From positions 82,351,872 through 82,415,871 of the forward strand of contig NC_057711.1 in NCBI RefSeq assembly GCF_004010195.1: DNA of 64,000 bases, in the 5' to 3' direction. A program made the position numbers and the translations under genes. The notes under the pieces were generated by a model. The model did no database searches, was not told where the DNA came from, and worked only from the letters and a program-made list of their open reading frames with translations. Position 1 is the stretch's first letter, and every line of letters starts with the position of its first letter. The stretch is from Chiloscyllium plagiosum. Lineage: Eukaryota. Positions 1 through 11,865 of this stretch are shown in pieces.

Positions 1-957
1 TTCTATGTTGTTGAAAGGTTTGCTATCTTTGGTATCGGAATGACAGACAAACGTTTGTTTTATAAGAGACTAAGCATTTGAAGGGATTTAAAAATATTGA
101 ATGAGTTTTCATGAACACATTAGTTCTAATATATTGAAGTCTGCAAGAGATAATTAGAGTTTATTTTAATTTAAATTCAGTAAACTTCATTGGAATAAGG
201 GCTAAATGGGGTTGTAGGGATTAATGAGGTGCATGAGCATTAAACAATCAGTGAGAGCAGTAAAAACCCACCATCAGCTAAAGGGATAAATTTAAATTGA
301 GTACCTATATAAAAAGGTAATTACCAGACACCTACAGCAGATTCAATACATTAGGGGAAAGGACAGAAACTTTTTGTCTTCAGCAAAAACCTAGGGTTGA
401 GGATCACAGTTAAGACCTATAACAGTGGGGTAACAACTTTCTGAACTATTTATTCAGCAGTAAAGCTAACAACAGCAAGTTACGCTAATTCATCAGTGTA
501 CACTTAAAGATCTACAATTAAGAAAGATAAAAATTGGAATTAAAATTGTTATTGCAATTCCAAGTGTCAAAGCACTAACAGCACAGTTAGTGAAATCTAT
601 TATTTCAATAATTCGACCAACAAATTCAAACGTTTGATTGTCAACTACCAATTTTTGAGTTTATCCATTTAAAATATAAAAATATGAAAAATAAAGAAAA
701 AGTGCAAATCTGGTCACCTGGTGTCAAATTTGGGATGAAAACAATAAAACTCAGTGAAAATGACATCACAACAGACAGTTTTGATACTGTCCAAAAATCA
801 CTGAACCTTTTCAGAGAAGCCATTTTACTAAAGTTTTACCCAGAGATCTTTCAAAATACTTCAGTTATTTTGGAAAAGGAATATCTTTATGCATCTCTAT
901 GAAGAAAGACATACCAGTAAAATGAAAATCAAATTTTAAACTGACAATAGCATTTAA

Positions 958-1757
958 AGTCATAGAGTTGTAATGCATAGAAAGACCCTTCAGTCCAACC
1001 CGTCCATGCGAACCAGATATCCTAAATTAATCTAGTCCTATTTGCCAGCATTTGGCCCATATCCCTCTAAACACTTCCTATATGTACCCATCCAGATGTC
1101 TTTTAAGTGTTGTAATTCTACCAGCCTCCAACACTTCCTCTGGCAGGTCATTCCATACAGAAAACACCTTCTGCATGAATAAGTTGCCCCTTTGGTCCGT
1201 TTTAAATTTTTCCCCTCTCACCTTAAACCTATGCCCTCTAGTTTTAGACTCCCCTACCTTTGGAAAAGACCTTGTCTATTTACCCTATCCATGCCCCTCA
1301 TGATTTTATAACCCTCTATAAGGTCACCCCTCAGCTTCCGACACTCCAGGGAAAATAGCCCTAGCCTATTCAGCCTCTCCCTATAGTTCAAACCTTCCAA
1401 CCCTGGCAATATCCTTGTAAATCTTGTCTTCAGTCTTTCAAGTTTAATGATATTTTTCCAATAGCAGAGAGACCAGAATTGAACTTAGTATTCCAAAAGT
1501 TGCCTAACCAATGTCCCGTGCAGCCACAACATAACATCCTAACTCCTATTCTCAATGCAGTGACCAATAAAGTCCAGTGTACTAAATGCTTTCTTCACTA
1601 CCCTGTCTCCGGGGATTCCACCTTCAAGGATCTGTGAACCTACATCTAAAGGTCTCCTTATTTGGCAACACTCCTCAGAAACTTAGCACTAAGTCTATAA
1701 GTCCTGTCCTGATTTGCCCTATCAAAATGCAACACCCCACATTAATCTAAATTACTC
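958..1757 (-). mobile_element. CR1 (HER1-like) LINE, 5'-truncated 3' fragment
   Basis: Reverse complement of the CR1 RT C-terminus and 3' tail. Near-identical blocks recur at about 10000, 11900, 19200 and 20700. Confidence 0.85.
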
Positions 1758-1936
1758 TTATGTCACATGCCAAGGGTCTAACAAAAGTAATAAATCATCC
1801 AACACTGTACAAACTAATAAAGATGGAGAGATCATAACAATTTATCAAAGTAATGATCAACACTGGACAGAAAGGAAGATTTTACAGATACAGAACAGTG
1901 TGGTGGAGTCACATATAGCACAAAATGAACCCAAGA

Positions 1937-2098
1937 TAGGTTTAGGGTGAGAGGGGAAAGATATAAAAGAGACATAAGGGGCAACTTTTTCACGCAGAGG
2001 TGCTGGCAGGTGGGACTAGATTGGGTTGGGATATCTGGTCGGCATGGACGGTTGGACCGAAGAGTCTGTTTCCATGCTGTACATCTCTATGACTCTAA
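1937..2098 (+). mobile_element. CR1 3' tail fragment with internal deletion
   Basis: GGTTTAGGGTGAGAGGGGAAAGATATAAAAGAGAC is joined directly to the tail ending CATCTCTATGACTCTA; same tail as 32609-32764 and 40380-40455. Confidence 0.8.
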
Positions 2099-2099
2099 G

Positions 2100-2570
2100 A
2101 TCACAGTTGAGACCATCTTCATGGGTACCAAACTTGGCTATCAGTTTCTGCTTGCCAATTCTATGTTGTTTTGTATTCCAAAATAAGCCTTGGAGGACAC
2201 TTACCCGAAGATCAGAGGCTGAATGTTTTTGACCGCTGAAGTGTTCCTGGACTGGGAGGGAACATTCCTGTATAACCATTGTTCTGCAGTGTCCATTCAT
2301 TCTTTGTTGTAGCGTTTACATGGTCTCACCAATATACCAGCACTCGTTGCAGGCTTGCCTACAGCATTTAAGCAGACAACATTGGCCAAGTCACATATGT
2401 ACCTGTTGTATATGTGGTGGGTGATGGTAGTATCCATGTCGATGATCCGACGTGTCTTGCAGAGATTTCCATGGCAGGGTTGTGTGGTGTTATGGTTGAT
2501 GTTGTCCTGAAGGCTGGATACTTTGCTGCAAACGATGGTCTGTTTAAGGTTTGGCGGTTGTTTCAAGTCA
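2100..2570 (-). mobile_element. Penelope-like element fragment (GIY-YIG region)
   Basis: Minus-strand peptides KQPPNLKQTIV...QPCHGNLCKT and MNGH...HFSGQKHSASDLRVSVLQG...KLIAKFGTHEDGLN; homologous to 16317-16983. Confidence 0.8.
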
Positions 2571-2737
2571 AGGATACAGCACACTTTCCTATCTATGGGA
2601 AGAACATCAGATCATGTTTTATACAGTCAACAGATTAATAAGAAACAAATTACATTTGACAACCACACAACAGCTTTTCAGCAATATTTCACTTCACGAA
2701 CAAAGAAGGTACTGGTGAGATCATATGTCAATAACTT

Positions 2738-2925
2738 TTTGATTTGATTTATTATTGTTACACATACCAAGGTACAGTGAAAAGTTTTATTTTGCATGCA
2801 GTACTGTCAGGTGATAACATACAAAGACCATAGGGTGATTGGACAGGAGTCCAAAGTTACAGCTACAAAGAAGGTGCACAAACAGCAAGATCAACATTAG
2901 ATTTGAAATTTGAGAGAACGTTCAG
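2738..2925 (-). mobile_element. Rex1-type LINE 3' tail fragment
   Basis: TTTGATTTGATTTATTATTG...CCAAGGTACAGTGAAAAG resembles the reverse complement of the Rex1 tail at 31340-31392. Confidence 0.6.
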
Positions 2926-4669
2926 AAGAGTCTGTAGATAGTTCCATTAATGGACTATCTGAACCACTTAGCTATGAAAACTTAGAAGAATTCATTTGTC
3001 ATAGAATTGTCATTGCTCTTAGATGGAATAGTTACTGAATGTCTTCAATCAAAACACTTCTAGAATTAGCAGCCTAAATAACCCTGGACACCAAGTCCAG
3101 AAAAATTGTTCTAAAAGCATTATACAGTAAAGGTTTCATTTAGTCTTGTATATTCTACAGAACATGTTTACTAAAGCAGAATAAACCATGTGACCAGTGG
3201 AGACAGACCTCTCATCTGAACAACATATTGTATATGCCAACATCTATATGCAATCCTGAGCAATCTGATGCCACTGTATTTTGTGATGGGTATGGTTCCA
3301 AAACTCCACTTATGTAAAACTGTCCAGCCTTCTGCCAACAATCATTGCTACTCATTGTAGCAAGAGGTCACTTCTTGAAGATATGTTACAAAAAAATCAA
3401 ATCATTTCTAACCCAACATGTAAATTCATGCCACGGAACAGAATCTTGAAGAATATGTCAATACTGGAAGGGGCCAAGATTCTTAACATGAAAAACAGGT
3501 ACTTAGAAAAAAAGCCTATATTATTCTGTCACAGGAGAAACTTAAGCTGTCATGTTAGATTTATATAGAAGTCACCTATTTAAATGTGAAACCAACTAAG
3601 TTTAAATGAGATATTGGTGCCAGCATCACAGTTATGTTGGGTTATATTCCATGGTTAGCAGATTTTGTCATCTGATTTAAAGCTGTGCATAGCCAGACAT
3701 TAAAGGTACAAGAACTTAGAATGTGAAAAGTGTCTTCCAGTACCAATATCCCAAATTGTTGTACTAGATTATGAAATAACTTTGAAAGCTGACACCAAAC
3801 TAGTACATCTCTCCACTTTAGAAAATCCCTCAATCACTAATGAAATAAAGAAACACATGGATTGACTGCTTCATTTCTTCCTAGGGAACTAACTATAGTA
3901 CCCAACACTAATAATGGAGCAGAAGTATGATCACCTTGTAATTCTCAAACACACCTGCAGTTACATTGTTACAAGTTCAGGTGGCCATATCGAAAAGAAT
4001 TCAGAAGGGAAGATGTAAAATTAGCAACTTTACCTCAAGTGTCTCTATACCTGATTATATACTTTCCTGATCAAGTCAAAAATTTTAGAAGGGGTAGAAG
4101 AAATAAGGAAAAGGTATATGACAAATGTTGTTAAAAAGAAGTAATCTAAATAACTACTGTGAGTATGTATATAATTACTAATCGATTTTTGTGATGGGGG
4201 GGACAAGATTTGGGGAGGTTTATTGTGCAAGGGTAAAGGACCCTGGAACAACCTTGCAATGAAGTCTCAGAGCTGCACATCACTGAACATAGCATGGGTG
4301 AGTTAGGATTATGGTTAGGGTTAGACTGCTACTACACTACTCTCTAAAATGGAAGACAGTCTTAAGAGCACATGGATAAGAATACAAAGAAGAAAGAGTA
4401 GTCCTTATCTAATATAACAATAGAATCAGAGCCTGGGTGTATTGGAATTACTATATATAGCAATGTTTAGTATTGATGCATCATAAATAGTATCAAGTCT
4501 AAGCCTGAAGACAGTTGTTGACTTTGCCTTCCCCTTGACCAATTTGTCTTGAAACCAAACCCAGTGTGGTATTAAACCACATCATAATAAAGTCGCTGTC
4601 TGCACTTGTCTCCTGTAATGAAGGTTAGTGATAAAAATACTGTAGATGTTGCACATACCTACCAGGTCG

Positions 4670-4860
4670 TACCAACCACCTGTACTCACCAATCACTATC
4701 TCACCAGTCCACGCCCCTCCACACTCATAATCCATCCCCCTTCTCTTTATCTGCGACTCCCCCTACTCCATATCCATTAAGGGTTATACCTGAAACGTCA
4801 ACTTCTCCACCTTCTGATGCTGCCTGGCTTGCTATGCTCTTCCAGTCCCCTTCTTGTCTA
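4670..4860 (+). mobile_element. PLE-related 3' repeat with decayed hammerhead core
   Basis: AAGGGTTATACCTGAAACGTCAACTTCTCC...CTGATGCTGCCTGGCTTGCT...TTCCAG resembles the arms of the 27537 and 38479 elements; the CTGATGA core has degenerated. Confidence 0.5.
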
Positions 4861-5379
4861 TCCTGTAATAAAGGAGCACTTTTTCCTTAAAAAGACAGGA
4901 GTGAGTAGGGAAATTTCCCACTTGATGTATCTGACTTGAGAGCAAAGAGCCAGGTCAAGATTATCATTTTATGTGAATAATCACAAAAAAAGCCATGACA
5001 ATTTATGAGTTTTAGAAATTGGAATTCAACGACTATACAAACTAAAACGTACACTTACATTTTAGTAACACTATGTAAGTTTGGTAACAATTTTGAGAGC
5101 AAAGAAAAGGCCTTGTTTTAGATAGTGCTGACTGCTTTTGTTGGACAAGGATGGCAACTATATAATACATTGCAGAGAAGTTGAGGAGAACAAGAAAGGT
5201 TAATAGATTAAAGCATGTCATTCATTTCTTTGCCCAGGGCTTCTTTGGTATTGTTAGAAAGATAGAAAACAGATTAGAGAATTTGAAAATGGAGATTTGA
5301 TAGTCTTAGGCATGGAATTAGGTCTTATCTTCCAGACAATGAAAGGAAATTAGAAAAGTTAGTGGTGGGTTATGGTGAG

Positions 5380-5490
5380 TGGGCTGGTAAGTGGAACTCA
5401 GTCCACGAAAAGGTCAGCCATGCTCTTATTGAATGGCAGAGCAGGCTCGGTGGGCCAGATGGCCTACTCCTGCTCCTAATTCGTATGATA
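5380..5490 (+). mobile_element. CR1-type 3' tail fragment
   Basis: TCAGCCATG...ATTGAATGGCAGAGCAGGCTCG..GGGCCAGATGGCCTACTCCTGCTCCT is a typical CR1 3' end. Confidence 0.65.
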
Positions 5491-7249
5491 GGTCTTTCTG
5501 AAGGAATGATGTGAATGGTTTAAACAGACTATGTCTGAGGAATGAGTTGTAGATAACCTTAGCACAGAGGAGATCAGGAAGGGAAATTGAGTTAACAGGA
5601 ATGGTGGATATTATAAGCAACATTAAAGATAAGCAGGGGATTTGAAAATTTGTAAAAATACAGGAATCTTGATACAGTTGAATTCAAGGGGAGACTGGTG
5701 TCAGTATATGATAGAAAGTCATGAAGACAGTTGCACAAATTATTTTGATATTCGGGACAAATAAATCAATGAATTTGCCAAAGAATAAGATTAAGAAATG
5801 ACTTGGCTAGTATGTTGCGATTTAGGATGAAATGGCCACATAATCTTTACTATTCAGTGTGTATACATGGATACAATTATGAAAAACAGAAATTCAGAAA
5901 GTGACAGTTCCAAATACATATGGCATGAAGTTTTTCTTATAATTAATGGATTAACTGAAATGTTGCAAATTAAGTTTATACTGCAGCAATGACCTGTTAA
6001 TCTTATTATATGAAAGCAAAAAATAAAGATGTCAGTGATGTGAAAAATCCTATAGAAACTTTGTTGAGGTATTTTGAGATTCAGTCATGTTCAGTATTTT
6101 CTGGGATAATTAGGATGCTCAGTTAGTTAATACAAAACTAAACCTTGAATTCAGTGTAAATGAAGGGAACAAAAATAACATTTGGATTTGATTTGGAATT
6201 TATTTGGCCAGTAACAACTCAGCACAAATTGGCCCAAATTCTGAAAATGTTTGAAAGAATTTCATCATCAATTCACATTTGAAAATCAAATCTTTATAAT
6301 TAACTATTATTGTTTGTATTATTGCCTTTTATTTAAAATCATTTTTAACTGTAATAGTTGCTAATATTTTTAAAGGATCCTGGTACTGACTGCATTTACT
6401 GTAAATATTGATTTAATTCAGCAAGAGAATTTTTTTTACATAAATATAAAATTTTCTTTAAATAAAATTAACAAGTGCAATCATATAAAATGCTTCTACA
6501 AAAAATCCATTAAACTCAAATACTACAAAAAATCCTCATTAAAGTACAAAAAAGAACACAATGTGTAGAATACTGAATAACATTTGGACCATGACACCAT
6601 CGGAACAAAAATGGAATACATTTGGAATGCCAACACAAAATGAACTGCACATCTGGAAAATAATAGTATTATCATCTGATCAGGAATACTTGATGACACA
6701 AGTGTTTTGCCCCAAGTGAAATCTGTACTTAATTTACAATTCTCATTAGAATTAGGTGGAAAAATTCAACGGTAAGTAGCATAAGTTCTGTACTCGAGAT
6801 GGGAAATGTTGATTCGAGGGAGTTGATTAGTGCTGTCATCAAACACTCCTGGGGCCAGATATAACAATAGTCAGGTTAATGGTGAGCAAAACTCTTTCTG
6901 CTCAGTCGTAATGAAATGCCTCAGCCATAACCTCAAATCAACACCACTGGTGTACCAAAGTATCATTTTTTTCCATTATCAACAATTGAGCAAAACTACC
7001 AATCTAAACTTACAAGTTGGAATCTAATTAAAATACACTGCTACCTTCCTTCAAAATACCTTACAATGGCTACAATACAAGTTTGTTCAACAATGAAAAT
7101 GGGGGCAAAGAACTAGTTAAAGGAAAATGAATTAGTTAAACAAATAAATTGTTTTTGACATGTAATGGGGAGACAAATGTAAAAACTAATTTCCACAAAA
7201 CATCAACAACATAAATGACCAAGTCAGGTCATTCTTCGTGATGATCGTA

Positions 7250-7410
7250 CAGGGAGGAATAATAGCCAATACATCAGAAGCATCCATGGTCTCATTTTCC
7301 AATGGTGCCATGGGACCTTTAAAACATTTATTTGAACAATCATCTGTGGTTTCATTTTAATGTTTCATTTAAAAGATTGCAATACTGATACTGTGCAGTT
7401 CTGGAATGAA
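7250..7410 (-). mobile_element. Old DeuSINE-like fragment (SacSINE1/AmnSINE1/SINE3 group)
   Basis: ATGGTGCCATGGGACCTTT...TTTAATGTTTCATTTAAAAGA resembles the reverse complement of the Deu core as I recall it. Confidence 0.45.
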
Positions 7411-7949
7411 ATGTGAGTGCACAATCTGTGAGAGGTTTGTTTTGTTCATCAACAAATTGGCATTCTGTTTGCACAGTCATTGTACAGACCATTTCATAAA
7501 ATTAAAATTGGCAAGTTTCAAGAATGGATGGATAATCTATGCTACTGGGATAGATCTCAAGCAGTGTAGATTTTTTAAAATCTCTAAAGTGAAGGCAAAT
7601 ATTATATCAATTAAGCCATGTTAATTTATTAATGCATGTAAAGGTTCTTAGATTGAACCTGGCGGAGATGACATAATTCTGAGTAGTAGGCTGCTTGGGA
7701 TATTCAGTTCAACGTTGGCATTTTTAAAACACAAGACAATGAGAAATGATGCTGAGTGACCGTCAAACAGAACTTGTGAAATGCAATAACCCATCCACTA
7801 ATCTACTCATTATTCACACATATTTAAACATAATCTAAGCTGGTTGTGCAAATGAAGTGCTGCACTTTTAAAGTGAATCGAGCTGTTTCAGATTCTGTTT
7901 TTCTTCAAATTATGAAAAGCTACATTGGTGTGCTTTTATTATACAAATT

Positions 7950-8600
7950 ATATTATTTCAATTTCCCCACATAAACAACAACTTAGTTAGCATCTTTAAT
8001 TGACTAAAATGACTCCATGCCTTTCACAGCAGGATTATAAAACAAATTTGACATTGATTCCAACAAATCCTAGCCAGACAGTAGTTTTAAGCAGGGAAGA
8101 CAGGAGAATAGGCTTAGTGAGGGAATTCCAGAAATGAAGGCACTGGGAGTGGAAGGTACACTCATCAAAGATGAAGGATTTGAAATTGGGATGCTCAAAG
8201 GTCCAAACTTGCAGGAGTGCAGATATTACGAAGAGTTATAGGCTGGAGGGTGTTTCAGAAAAAGGAAGTGCACCGGGGGAAATTTGAAAATCAACACCAG
8301 AAACCAAGACATTGCTTAACTAATACAAATCAGCAAACACTGGGATGATCAGTGGCCAGGCTGTGGCACAAGTTACGATGTGGGCTTCTGCATTTTGGAT
8401 GACCTCAACTTTATGCATGGTAGAATATGAGGCTGATCAAGAGTGCACTGGAATACTCAAGTCTGGAGGTAACAAAAGACACAGGTGTCAGTAGCAGATG
8501 AGATGAGGTGTTGAGGTGAGGGTCAGACATTGTTATTAAGATACAAATAAGTGGTCTTTTAATGGTCAAGTTTAGTTTTGGAAGTAACCATTCATATGCC
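7950..8600 (-). mobile_element. L2 LINE 3' fragment
   Basis: ORF 8411..8650 contains FVTSRLEYSSALL (L2 motif FVTSRLDYCNSLL); related to 23610-24200. Confidence 0.7.
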
Positions 8601-8994
8601 ATTGTTTTACGCCAACTGTGTTTTCTGAATTTCTCTCCAGATAATATCAATTTGATTGTTTGTGCATTCTAATAGATAATTCATATATATATATATATAA
8701 AAAATACTGCAGTTTTCTGATAATTCAATCTGAAAATGTTAGAAGCAAAACTACAAATCTAGCTTGTTTTTCCCTTTTGTCTTTACATTTTGGAGAACTG
8801 ATCATTTCTGTTCAGTTAACTGGAGGAATGTACTGTAGGAATTTGCGTCTTTTTCAGCAGAATCCACTTGGAAAAATACCACTTTCTATTGCAAACCCAC
8901 ATCTTTAAGTCAGATTTCCCTAGCTCAATCAGGAATTAGCTTGTATGGTTCCAGTATAAGAACATTTCAAGATTCATAACAAGCAAACTTTATG

Positions 8995-9455
8995 CTACTT
9001 ATTGAAGTCCATAGATTTCCTGGTTATTTCAATAGAATCTGTAGGGATGGAATTTACACTGTGACTGTAACTAGAACGTCTCATGGATACTTGTGTTGCC
9101 GTAATCTGTCGCAGCTCTTTGCGGGATAATCTTACAGGAGTAATGACATGAGGCTGTGATGTCTTCTCAACTATCTGAGATGGCTTGAAAGTTGAAGTGA
9201 GGGCATTTGATGACTGTACTTCATCTGTCATTTCTGAACTGAATGAATACTCTTGCTCAGGTATCATTTTTGTGGAGACATGTACCATTTCAGAAGTTTC
9301 TTCCCATAATTTCTGATTTTTGTGTGTTCTAGATATGGCTGGAGAACTGATGTTTCCTTCTCCAGTACTTTTGGATGCTCTTGAAGCCCATTTTTGTTCC
9401 ATTATATGAACTTCTCCTCCTCCTGGGCTTAATACTGTATTACCAGTTCCATTAT
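8995..9455 (-). CDS. KIF27: KIF27 terminal coding exon (C-terminal tail, stop TAG at 8995-8997)
   Basis: ORF 8995..9471 contains KWASR, QKLWE, TPVRLSRKELRQI, SMRRSS and DSIEITRK, which match the KIF27 rather than KIF7 tail. Acceptor TTTAATTGCAG|AT (phase 1) fits the previous exon. Confidence 0.92.
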
Positions 9456-9994
9456 CTGCAATTAAATTCATTAAATATTAATTTTTCTTGAAACAGAGTA
9501 AAAACATTGAGACAAATTGTATGTTTCTGGTGCAAGTCATGTTTAAAAGAATGGGTGCTATATTTGTCTGAATAATGTCTTAATAGCACTCAAATTAACT
9601 GGTCATTTTATCTGTGTTATTAATTCTCAGTTCCAGGTGAAGAGCTTGGCAATATAAGAGCACTGTCCAGGAAGCAGAGGAATTTTAGATGCAAGAGAAG
9701 ATGTCAAAGGATGAGGAAAATAATGGGTAATGCCAAAACTACTCAGTAAGCCTCAACCAATTAACCCAGAATCCATTAGCTTTGCCAAGACAGAAATAAC
9801 AGAGGACTAAAAAGTAATGGATGGAAGTGAGGACAAATGAAATAATATTCAGGTTTGGGTTACTACTTTGGACAAAATATTCGTGCCAGGCAATAACAAT
9901 CTCCAACAAGAGAGTCTAACCACTCGACCTTGTCATTCAACAGCATTATAATAGCTGAATCACTCAACATCAATATCCTAGAGATATTTGACTC

Positions 9995-10717
9995 AGAGAG
10001 GCAGAGATGTCCAGCATGGAAATAGACCCTTCAGTCCAACTTGTCCATGTTGACTAGTTATCCTAACCTAATCTAGTTCCATTTGCCAGCACTTGGCCCT
10101 TATCCTTCTAAACTCTTTCTATTCATACACCCATCCAGAGCCTGTTAAATGTTGTAATGATACCAGCATCCACCACTTCCTCTGGTAGCTCATCCCATAC
10201 ACTCACCGCCTCTGCGTGAAAATGTTGCCCCTTCAGTCCCTTTTAAATTTTTCCCCTCTGACCCTAAACCTCTGGTTCCGGAATACGCCACCCCAGGCAA
10301 AAGACCTTGTCTATTTACCTTATTTATGCCCCTCATGAATTTATAAATCATCAGCCTTCAATGTACCAGGGAAAACAGCCCCAACCTATTCTGTCTCTCT
10401 CTATAGCTCAAATCCTCCAACTCTGGCAATATCTTTATTAATCTTTTCTGAACCGTTTTAAGTTTCACAACATCCTTCCAATAGGAGAGAGACCAGAATT
10501 GCATGCAATATTCCAAAAGTGGCCAAACCAAAGTCCTGTACAGCCACAACATGACCTCCCATCTCCTATACTCAATGCACTGACCAATTAAGGAAAGCAT
10601 ACCAAATGCCTTCTTCACTGTCCTATCTACCTGCAACTCCAATTTCAAGGAACTATGAACCTGCACTCTCAGGTCTCTTTGTTCAGCAACACTCCCCAGG
10701 ACCATATCATTAAGTGT
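9995..10717 (-). mobile_element. CR1 LINE 3' fragment
   Basis: ORF 10358..10705 (EQRDLRVQVHSSLK...LYRTLVWPLLEYCMQFWS) is the CR1 RT C-terminus, followed by the tail. Confidence 0.9.
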
Positions 10718-11039
10718 TAGCTGAATACTGTCTTGTTGGATGAGATGATTGAAGTTTGTTCAAAATGAAATGATGTAGATTTAAGGACTTTGAAACACAA
10801 CACTTACTCCTAGTTATGGGAGTCGTAGTTGCAACATTACAGGGCAATGAAGCAGAGGCAGCAAAGAGGGAAAACTGTTTGCAGAAAGAGTAGGAGCAGG
10901 GAATCTTTCTGGATGTTTTATTGACCTAGGTTCTTCAGAGATCATTTCTTTTGCTTGCACATGAGCCAGAGTAAGTACCTGATGGTTATATTTCATCAAA
11001 GAGGTGTCATAGAACGGTGACATTTCCTTTAACTGAACC

Positions 11040-11865
11040 TTATTTATTGTTTATGAGATGTAGGTGTTGTTGACAAGGCCAGCATTTATGCCCATCATAA
11101 ATTGCCTTGGAGAAAGTGATGGAGTGATGGAGAGCTGCCTTCTTGAACTGCTAGATTCCTTTGGCCCTCCAAGCTCAGGCTTGGAGGGCCGAAGGGCCTG
11201 TTCCTGGGCTGTAAATTTTCTTTGTTCTTTATGATACAGAGCTACTAGGAATGGAGTTCCAAGATTTTGACCCTGCAATACTGACGGAATGTGATATAGT
11301 TCCAAGTTAGGATGGTGTGTGGCTCAGAGGAGTACTTGCATGTTGAAGTGTTCCCCTGCCCTGTTCCTGCTTGGTGATAGAGATTTGGGTTTTGGAAGGT
11401 GCTGTTGTTGAAGCTATTGTAAGTTACTGCTGTGCATCTTGTAGATGCCACATGCTGTTGCCACTGTAAATCAGTGGTGCAGGAATGAATGTTTAAGGTT
11501 GTGTGTGCGGTGCCAATCATGCAGGATACTTTGCTGTAGATGGAGTCAAGCTTCTTAAGTGTTGTTGAAGTAGCACCCTTTCAGACAAGTGGAGAACACT
11601 CTATCACACATCTAACATGTGCCTTGTAGATGGTGGACCAAAATTGGGAAGACAGACGTGAGATATTTGCCTCAGAATCCTGAACTCTGACCTGCTGTTA
11701 TGGTCTCAGTATCACTGGTCCTGTTCAATTTCTGGTTAATAGTAATCCAGATAGTGGAGGAAGTCAGTGATGATAGTTTCATTAAATGTCAAGCTGTAAA
11801 GGTTACATTCCCACTTATTGGAATCATCATTGCCTGACACTTATGTGGTATGAATGTTACTTACC
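11040..11865 (-). mobile_element. CR1/L2-group LINE 3' fragment with a nested CR1 tail (~11165-11235)
   Basis: Tail GCCAGCATTTATGCCC...TTGCCTTGGAG...GAGCTGCCTTCTTGAAC is shared with 26487 and 48560 and is interrupted by GAGGGCCGAAGGGCCTGTTCCTG. Confidence 0.7.

Larger units (their letters stand above)
1830..3960 (+). mobile_element. Decayed Ty3/Gypsy LTR-retrotransposon gag-protease remnant, split by younger insertions
   Basis: Gag-like pieces RFYRYRTV (~1878), TFLSMGRTSDHVL...FQQYFTSRTKKVLVRSYVNN (~2582-2735) and LSYENLEEFICHRIVIALR (~2967-3023). Protease-like YIEVTYLNVKPTKFK*DIGASITVM (3562-3636). Linker DYEITLKADTK (~3767). The order matches gag-PR-RT. Confidence 0.6.

Noticed and set aside
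4770..4810. Functional hammerhead
   Set aside because: The CUGANGA core is destroyed (CCATTAA); only stem II and GAAACGTC remain.
9456..9471. ATG start (MNLIA) for a stand-alone 158-aa gene
   Set aside because: Lies in the intron ahead of a phase-compatible acceptor; the peptide is the KIF27 tail.
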